The notes under the pieces were generated by a model that worked only from the letters and a program-made list of their open reading frames with translations, was not told the DNA's origin and did not search any database. Made by a program: the position numbers and the translations under genes. A stretch of DNA of 64,000 bases from Chlorokybus atmophyticus (taxonomy: Eukaryota; Plantae; Mesostigma and Chlorokybus algae): contig RHPI01003156.1 of assembly GCA_009103225.1 (NCBI GenBank), positions 612,771 through 676,770 on the forward strand, read 5' to 3'. Below, in pieces: positions 55,473 through 64,000 of the stretch (positions are counted from its first letter, which is position 1; every line of letters starts with the position of its first letter).

Positions 55473-58400
55473 TCAACAGAAATACATAGTATCACGAACG
55501 GCAGGCTTCACCTCTGGGAGCGGCACGAACGCCTGGGTGGAGCCTCCTGCCCCGGTCTCAACAGAGGACACATCCGACTCTGAGTAAATGCCATAAGCCC
55601 GCCCGCGGAATGCAGACAGATGGGCATAATAGGCAGGTGGCACAATGGACACCGAGCGGGTGGCGCGCGCATACCTGAAACACCAGCAATCAGTTGCAAC
55701 TTGGCAGATAATGGCTGCCAACAACAGGATTAAAGGTGTGATTGTCTTGAACATTGACCCAAGGCTTACGTGTAGCACAAGCTGTTGGTCAGCCCTTGAA
55801 TGCCATCAGGCGTAAACCGGTTGTCGTCATGAAGCACGTAGTAGTGTGTCACTCGCGAGGTCCCCTGCATTTGCATGGTGCAGTCAACAACATGCTCAAT
55901 GTCAGCAATATGCGATTGTGACTGGAATCTATGGTACCTGGATGCCCTCATGCGCGACCAGATAGAAGTCGTGCTCCCAGGGAGAGCAGATCTTTGTATC
56001 CACACAGGTGCCTGCCACCATGTATTAGCAAAGCGTGCATGTCATCAGAACTGTACCGTCAGTCAGCATAGCATGATGAAGCGCAAGCTAGGTTCCTATC
56101 TTCTTACCAGGCATGACATTGCCAGAGCGGGTGGTGTCCCGCTGATCCTTGGCAAACAGTCGAGTGTGATTCCTTTTCTGTACCACAATAAAGGTGATGT
56201 AGGGCATATAACCATCCTCAATCGCCTGACATGCCTGTCATCAGGCACAGAATGTTAGCAGATTTAGATGTCCAGATCGATTGATGACCGAGACATCTAC
56301 TCAACCTGTTGCAGTTAGCTCATCTTAACCCTTCCGTTGAAACATGACCACCCACCTGTCTGATTTGAGTCAGCTCATGGTACAACACCTCCTTGAATTG
56401 TCCCTCAGAAACACCATCCCTGCAGTACATTTAGTGAACAAGGACTTACTACTCGTCATTCTAAGCAACTAAGTCAGCGCAAGAGCTGCCTGTGTGCTGC
56501 AAGGGAAATTACGCTTGGGATCTGCAACTGAAGTCTTGAAATACCTGTAGAAGATCAAGCGTGCAGGCTTCTGTCTTGTCTTGCCATAAAATGCCTTGAG
56601 AAGATCCATGACTATTCCTTCTGCGCGGGGTACACCGTCGATCACGACAGCCCTGTACAGTTCGGCAAACCCTTCCTGCAAGCACGTCATTCTGGCTGAG
56701 ACATGAGAATGCAAACAGGTGAAGCAACTCGTCTAACGGTAGAGATGGCGCAACTCATGCAAGGGACACCACGCAGTGCCAGGGACACACGCAGCATGCA
56801 CTGGCCTACAGAGTTGACATGCACACAATTGGCCTGACCTTTCGGTGGGGTTGTGCTCGCGTTATGGCACGATAGCGTGTTATTTTTGGCCAGTCCATTG
56901 ACGCAACAACCTGCACACCCATCACTGGCAAATTGGCAACTTGTGAACCCTGCAACAGCCTGCTACTACCCAGCACATTTCAATTGCGCACCGAGGCTAT
57001 GGAGGCTCCTCCAGCACCAGGGGGAGGATGCGAGACATCGGCCCCAAACACAATTGTAGGGGCATCTGAAATGTAGGACAGCTTCCTTTCAACTTCTGCC
57101 TTCAAGGCGACATTGGTGCCACCCATCTGCGCAAATACATGACGATCGTCTACCACTGACAACATGCCATCCATTGCACAATGCATATAACCTTCAGCAA
57201 TACATGCGGCGCACTTCCGGTCCCACACCTTGACATTGATCTTCAACAAAAGATTGGCCATGTACTGCTCGTTTGGCCGACCGGCCCATTTTGCCAAAAC
57301 GCACTGGGATGGGATGTCAAGAACAGTTTCACAGATCCTTTTGACATCACCATACAAGGCAGAGTCCTTGCTGGTTGGCATGACTGCCAAGATGAGGTCA
57401 GGCTTCCTTCGTGCATCTTTCTCAGCTGCAGTCACTGCGCGGCGCAGAATAGTCTCCACAGGGGCGTTCCCAGCTTGTATCGCAGTAGCGAGTTGGGGCG
57501 CAATCTGCAAAATGCCATACCATCAGCGCCACATGATGGATGAGACTTTAGTAGCCAATAGCCATAGAATGCAACATGCAATACAGAGCCAGCCGGGGAA
57601 CATGGATGGATGCCACATACACCTATCAAGCATGGCCATGATACAGAGAATTACCTCAATGCCCATGCCGCTGGCTACGTGGGACAAAAACTCAGCAAAC
57701 TCGTACACCGGCCTTGGAGGCAGTCTGTCAAAGATGACAGCGACCCAGGTTGTGATCGGCCGCCCAGGCTGCAGGACTTGCTGCCCAACCATATTCCAGT
57801 TGCCTGGCCGCGGAGTAAGGACATTGTTCTTATACTGCAGCTGTGGAACAGGCAGAATGCGGGCATCACACTCCAGCATATTCGCTGACAACTGCAGCCC
57901 AAACTGCCGTGTGTAGGGATCTGCTCCAAAACGGCACTCGCGATACACGCGGTCAATATCATTTTTGCGAACATCGGGGCGCTGGCACTGCGCCTTCAAA
58001 AGCGCAGTGACCTGTAAAACAAGAACAAAGTAAGCTACACACTGCACAACTAGACGCCACCTGCTGCCACATTGCGTACAAGTTGGGTGATATTTGGAAC
58101 TTTTTTATATGCATCCACAACGCACTATGTTGCTGTTATAAACCGCGGTGACAGTTATGCCACAGATTGAACGAGGACGCTGCAAGGCTATTTGGATGGA
58201 AGGTACGACTCAGCAAACCTGATCAACCAAGTTCAACGGATGCAGTGCTACAGACCTGTGCAGCCGACAACTTGCCCAGGTGACGCTGCCCTTCCACAAT
58301 CTTCAATACCTGCATTAAGTTGCTTAGGTTCGACAGCGACAATTGCCAACTTGTACATACTCCTTAACAGTACATAGCTGGAACACAAACCTCCAGAGGG

Positions 58401-60784
58401 AAATAAGTGGGTTTGTTAGGATTTGTACTGGAATTGGCACAAGGCAACTTCGGGTACTGCAGCTGGTAATGATATTGCTCCATGAAGTACTTGGCCACTG
58501 TCACCTCCCGCGATTGCCCAGTACTCTGATCTTCCAGTACAAAACTGCATGCGGCACAACAAACGGTGATGCTATGGTCCAGCAAACGCACATGGAATTG
58601 TGCGGAACGCACGTTTGGGCGTCAGCCGGATTCGGTGAAAGGCCGGTGATGCGGAACTTGCGCCTCTGCTGTCCTCGATGCGTGACTTCGACACGCATTC
58701 CTTTCAGAATTTTGCGAACTTTCAATGCATCAGGAAGGCCCCTCAGCCCTCCTCTCAGGTCGTCAAGACGGCGACCCAGAGTTTCGGCTATAAAATCCAC
58801 GACGTTGATCGGCTTAAAGACAGCCGTAGCTGACATATCTGCATGGCAAATACAACAGCAGTTCAGGAGAAAGTTGAAATCAGCACTGCTGCACAAATAC
58901 AACCCAATGACTTAGCGCATTCCCAATAGCGAGAGCTGCAATCACACAGTGCGCTGGTTGGCGCGGTGCATACCCAGATTCAAGGCCAATCCAGCTTGTA
59001 CGGGTCGCAATGACTGGAAGAACCCGCGAGTGTAGTTCAAACCATTGCCGAGGTCTCCACTGCCGAATGTTGGGTCGTAGAATGACCGCCCGAATATCCA
59101 GTATTTGTGACTGGCTGTCATGCGAGCCTGCAAGTGCGCAGTGTTTTTAGTGTTGCCGGCATGCAACAAGAAAGGTGGAGGCTGACCTAAAATTCCAATG
59201 CTTACTGCTATATCCAATGCTTGCAAAGCTGCTTGCGGAATATCGCCTCGCTGACCCCGCAAGTACTCTTGCAGAACAATCAGCCTGACGGACGCTGCCA
59301 GCTTCAACGTGACTGCATATCTTCTGGGTGGCCTGCCAAGCAATGTGTTGTGGGATACTGTGCGCCACAGCAACACTGCTACACACGTCAAAAGCACTTA
59401 CCTTCCCTCAGAAGCAGGTGGCAGCTCAACAGGCAGCACCACAGGATCAACTGGGAGAGCTATTGCAGTGTAAGCATTCTTGACACCATCAAAAGCCAGC
59501 AGAATGTCACTTGCGGTTGAGCGGTACTCGTTCGAATTTTGAACAACCTGCAGGACACACCTGAAATATGGACCTCAAGCACAAGTGCATCAAGCAGCTA
59601 CAGGACCCCTACCTCCATGATGGATCGGAGAAGTGCCTTATTTGCTACCGGCTTGTTGGTTTGATCCTTATTGACCACGGAAACCTGTGCAGTTCAAGCC
59701 TCCAGACATCGGTTTCTACCTCATGCGCAGATGCAGTATATGCTTGCATGGTTTTGGCATTTGCCACACGCAATCGACAGCACCAGAGCTTACATCATAG
59801 TGATAGATATCGCCATCAGGAATTTTAGCCACGGGATAGAAGTTGGCGTACACCTTGATGGCTCTGCCTGCTCTGCCATACCCAGGGCGCCTAGCTCGCC
59901 GCTCCCACGTAAGTTGAATGGCTTTCCCAACCTCTTCCTGTCAGTGTCATCACCAGAGCATTATCAGACATATCATGTTGTCACGATTGCTGCGGACACT
60001 GTTGAGCAACAGGCATGGAGCAAGGCTCATGCGCAATGTAGAAAAGCAGCCACAGCAAGCCCAAGCAGCGTTCCATCAAGGCGTTTCAGTGCATGCCGTA
60101 AGATCAGAGTGAGTTTGCAGCAACCTTGTGAGTGAGTTCATGTGCCGGATCAGTGACCAGATAAATTCCACAAGTATGGTTGACCTAGCAACAATGCGCA
60201 CATGACAACCGGTCGATCTGATCTGAAACTGCTGTGAGGGACTGCATGGGCTGCCTGTCAGTGTCAACGTGCTGCAAAAGCTAAGCAGTACACGCTTGCA
60301 TGCATCGCAAACAGCATGCTAAGTACTCGAAATCAATCAGCATGGCAAATGCGCTATCAAACCAGGTTGAATCTCGTGTGTGGTTGTTTCAATGCCTGAC
60401 CTGAGGCTGCTCTTCCGCGGCTGCTTCAGCCTGCTTGCTAGGCTGCTGCTGCTGCGACGTCGGCGCCATTTGCAAACCCTGCAGGGCCTGCGTAAGCTCC
60501 GAGACACCGGGCTGATCCTGCTGCTGCTGAGGCGCTTGCGGCAGCAGCTGCTGCACCAAACCAGGTGGCAGCTGCTGAGCCTGCTGCTGTGGTGGTGGAA
60601 ATTCCTGTTGATACTGCTGTTGTTGCCGTTGCTGTGGTTGTTGTTGTTGCTGCTGCTGCTGCTGACCGCCACCTCGGCCTCGACCCCGCCCACCTCCCCC
60701 TCGCCCACCACCTCGTCCGCCTCGTCCTCCACCATCCCCTCCTCCCCGTCCCCCTCCCCGTCCTCCCTGCCCCCTCCCGGACAT
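55473..60784 (-). CDS. AGO: Argonaute (plant AGO1/5/10-like) with Gly/Arg- and Gln-rich N-terminus and intact DEDH tetrad
   Basis: [52 protein letters not shown] ([26 protein letters not shown]), MID ([24 protein letters not shown]), and PIWI GADVSHP / HRK|E / [10 protein letters not shown] / GTSRVTHY / [13 protein letters not shown]. Exons are phase-consistent. Confidence 0.96.
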
Positions 60785-61241
60785 GCTTCACACCCTGATT
60801 GCCGGGACAGCCGCCGAGGGCACCAATGCATCCACCCCACCGACGCCACACTCAGCGCCAAGCAGCAGGAGGACAAGGCGTCAGCAAAGTGCACAATTCC
60901 CCAACGTGCACACATGGCGTACATTGTACGCTGCAGTGACTCGAACCCGCTCGATCAAGCGCTAGGCTTGGACGAACCAGTGCATTGTTGACATGATTCA
61001 TGATGATGGCGACCTCCTGAGAACCAATTTGGGGTGCAAACTATCACCGGTCGTGCGTCAAGTCGTGTCACATGTTTACATCACATGACTCATGTCTCTA
61101 CATTCTTACAAGCAAGCTAGAATCCAGCTGCTAGATGTCACAAACTGGGGTTAGTGGACCCGGATCTGCGTAGGGCTCCTGGCGTTGGCGTTGATGTTGG
61201 TGGTGTAGTTGTCGGGGTGGGTGGTCGGCGGCTGGGGCGGC

Positions 61242-62438
61242 ATGGCGGCAGCCAGTGGACGCCGGCTGGCAGTGCAGTTGATTGGCGTGCTCGAGCTGCC
61301 GTGGTGCACGCGCAGCTTTGCGGCTGCATCCACTTCGGCGTCGTCGGCGACGACCAGCAGCACGCGGGCGCCGTCAGCTTCTCACCTGCGAAAGCAGCGG
61401 AAGCTCCAGTCGCAAAGCGAACAAGCGATGGCGGAGTACCGTAAGGTCTGAATTCATGGTTGAAGATATTGCAATTGTCATGCATTCAATGCTTGCGCGT
61501 GAGTGTTCACAAACTACCACTCGCTACTTTTCATGCACTCAGCAGTAGTTGAAGTACTGAGTCACTGGTGGTCAGTTGTCCTATTCCCACTGCGACTGGA
61601 ACGTGGAGACGTGTACATGGCTTACATCACAAGTAGTGTAGGACATTGCGCCTTTGACGCAGCAGTAACAAAATCCAGGAGCCTTGAATTGCATTGTTGG
61701 GTGGCAAGTGCTACAACCATTCAACTTATCCAAAGCAGTTGTTGCGATTGAGTTTCGATGTCTGTACTGTGCAGGTGTGGCAGTGTTCGACGTGTACACA
61801 ACTTTGTGCTCTGTGCATTGCAGGCTTTGGCGGATGTTAGGCGCAAGTACCAGCAGCAGGTTGAGGCCGACAGGCAGGCCAAGGAGCAGGCCGTGAAGCA
61901 AGAACAGGAGCGCATCCAGGCGGCAAAGGCGGAACGGCTCGCGCAGAAGCGGATCCTGTCGCAGCAGAGGCAGGCCGCAGCTGCCGAACGCCAACAACAA
62001 CTGCGCGCTGCAATGGTGCGCAGTTGATTGATAATGCGTACCTACCTACCTACCAACTGCCTTGACATCGCTGCTTTGAGCATGACCGCTGCTTTGAGCA
62101 TGACTGTTTCAACGGTCAATCATCTCATGTCATGCAAGCGAGCATCACGTATGAGCTGTGTGTCAGTTATCCTGACATGTGTTATTCATCCCCACGTGTG
62201 CAGTCCAACTCGTCCTGTACGTTGAGTCTTTTCTTGTGTGCAGGATGAGAGGGCTTTATACAATCGCTTCAGGTTGCAAGCTAGGCAAACGGCTCTGGCG
62301 GAACGCAAGGACATTCAGGTTGAAAAGCTGCTGAGTCAGAGCCGCAATTGGATCACAATGGACTCTCTAGACAGCGCCATAGAACAGGCTTTGGACGATC
62401 CGATGCCCCTGCGGTTGTATGGCAATGCTCCAGTTTAA
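61242..62438 (+). CDS. mS26: Mitochondrial small-subunit ribosomal protein mS26-like
   Basis: Exons 61242-61445, 61824-62015 and 62244-62438. Arg/Ser/Ala-rich transit-like N-terminus, long Q/E/R/A coiled coil, and C-terminal SRNWITMDSLDSAIEQALDDP resembling the MRP-S26 signature. Confidence 0.75.
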
Positions 62439-63734
62439 CAGTTGCTGGTGCATTCACGTTTGGTTCAGCAATCCATGCATGAGCTTCGATGCCGTGTACA
62501 TGTACGTGTGAGTTTGTTGCGGGTTGCGCAGGGTTCATGTGCAGTTGTCAAGGCTTTACCTTTTGGCATATCGCATCAGAGCAAGCAGTTGCATGCCTAT
62601 GGTGAATATTGGTATGGAGTGCATGTGTCGCCGGAATTATATGCGCACAGGGCATGTGTAGTTGCAATGACAGTGCAAGTTGTTACAGAAGATTGACGGC
62701 AGCTTTCACCGGCATGCAACACCTGCGCATGTCGCCAGCTTCAACATCAGAGGTACGCGCCGTGGAGTCGGTTGGTGTGATGCATGCACATACCTGCAAA
62801 TTACTGCATTCAGTGGAATGTGAGTGGCAGCGATTGCAGGTAGCACACCGATAGATCAACTGTCTTGTCTGGTCAGGCTAAGCGTGCATGCATGCAAGTG
62901 CAGTGCAGCAGGAGGGACAGGCAACACAGACAGGCAGGGGTTGAGGAGGTAACAGCCTGCGCGGAAAGGGCGTATGAATCCAGCAGGGTCGGTACTATGA
63001 GTGTGGTTGTTTGTGTCATGTCACATGACTCATGTGCCACACAGACAGTGAGGTCCGCTTGTGAGCAGGTTGATCACAAACTTTTGCAGTGTTGTTGGGA
63101 CGCAGACTGCTTTTGAAGACAACACGCGGCTTGCGAAGCGCCTCGGTGCTGCGCAGCCTCACCTGTAACGCCCTTTGCTTTACGATGAGAATGATTGAAG
63201 TATTGATAATGACTATTTTTAGTAAGTCACTGTCTTGATCAATCAAGATAGTATTGGCATAATTGACAACATTCATAACTAATTATTTTGTAAATATACA
63301 TTGGCTACTTGCTTGCTAGCTCGCTTGCATGCTCGCTTGCTTGCTGCTTGCGAGTCGAGTCGCGACACCAAGTTGCCCAATTGGCAGCCACGCAACGTGT
63401 CGCATCAGGTGTTCAATCATTGTGTCAATGCGTGCGTGCTTGCAGATTGTCACATGTACGCGTTTTGGCACAGGTCGGCCCTCAACTAGGCTATATGTGA
63501 GGAAAGCACCAACCTCTCCAGGTGTGTGTGTGTGTGTGCGTATGTACTCCTTCTCCTGTCACATCACTTGGGCAGTGTGCAGGACCATGTTCAAGCATGC
63601 TGAACAGCTTGCCCATTGGCTGAGCAGCGCAATGGGCCTACCGCTCAGCTCCTCAGCAACAATAGCCGTTGAGGAGCTGGGCACGTGCACATGCAGCACT
63701 AGAAGTGCGGCGTACTAAAAGGCCGCACAAGAGC

Positions 63735-63971
63735 TCACCTCCCTGCCGCCCAGGGCTGGCTCAACTGCGATGTGACAGCTGCCTCCGCCGCCGCTGAAGA
63801 GCCAGCCCGCTGAGCTGGCTCTGGCTGCTTCATGGCATCCAAAAGGCCAGCCTTGTACGACCTCTCCATAGCCTCCAGCAGGGCGACCTCCCCGCCGTCG
63901 TCGTTGTTGTTGTTGTTGTTCACAGCGCCCCTGGCGCTAACATTTGTTGCTCTGAGCGCTGTTTGACCCAC
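63735..63971 (-). CDS. Probable exon of an unidentified gene extending beyond the window
   Basis: GC-rich open frame (..NNNNNNDDGGEVALLEAMERSYKAGLLDAMKQ..) ending at an AG|GTGAGC donor. AACCCTAA at 63978-63985. Confidence 0.35.
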   Translation of the reverse strand: MGQTALRATNVSARGAVNNNNNNDDGGEVALLEAMERSYKAGLLDAMKQPEPAQRAGSSAAAEAAVTSQLSQPWAAGR

Positions 63972-64000
63972 CCACCCAACCCTAAGGGCCTTGGGGGGGG

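Overview
Eukaryotic, intron-rich nuclear DNA. It is most likely from a streptophyte green alga. This is an inference from plant-type AGO1-like, ABCF4, PTS2-LACS and ankyrin-PGG genes plus telo-box motifs. Recognisable intact genes are a >=4,000-aa single-pass surface protein (signal peptide, Pro-Pro-Ala repeats, ~24 filamin/Ig-like repeats, REJ-like region, TM; minus 8734-25627), a peroxisomal long-chain acyl-CoA synthetase, an ankyrin-PGG (ACD6/ITN1-like) membrane protein, RER1, ABCF4, a slicer-type Argonaute with an intact DEDH tetrad, and mitoribosomal mS26. Two decayed genes are visible: a BTB-domain pseudogene and a bacterial-type secreted GSDH-PKD-ConA-like gene that has spliceosomal introns and several frameshifts and stops. 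There is also an orphan low-complexity multi-exon gene and a repeat-rich 0.9-2.6 kb region with a 14-bp motif array, a 57-bp-arm hairpin and several palindromes. The very long (AG)n and (G)n runs each carry a single N at or near a junction and are treated as gap-filling artefacts. All assignments come from manual motif recognition and splice-phase checking; no searches were run.
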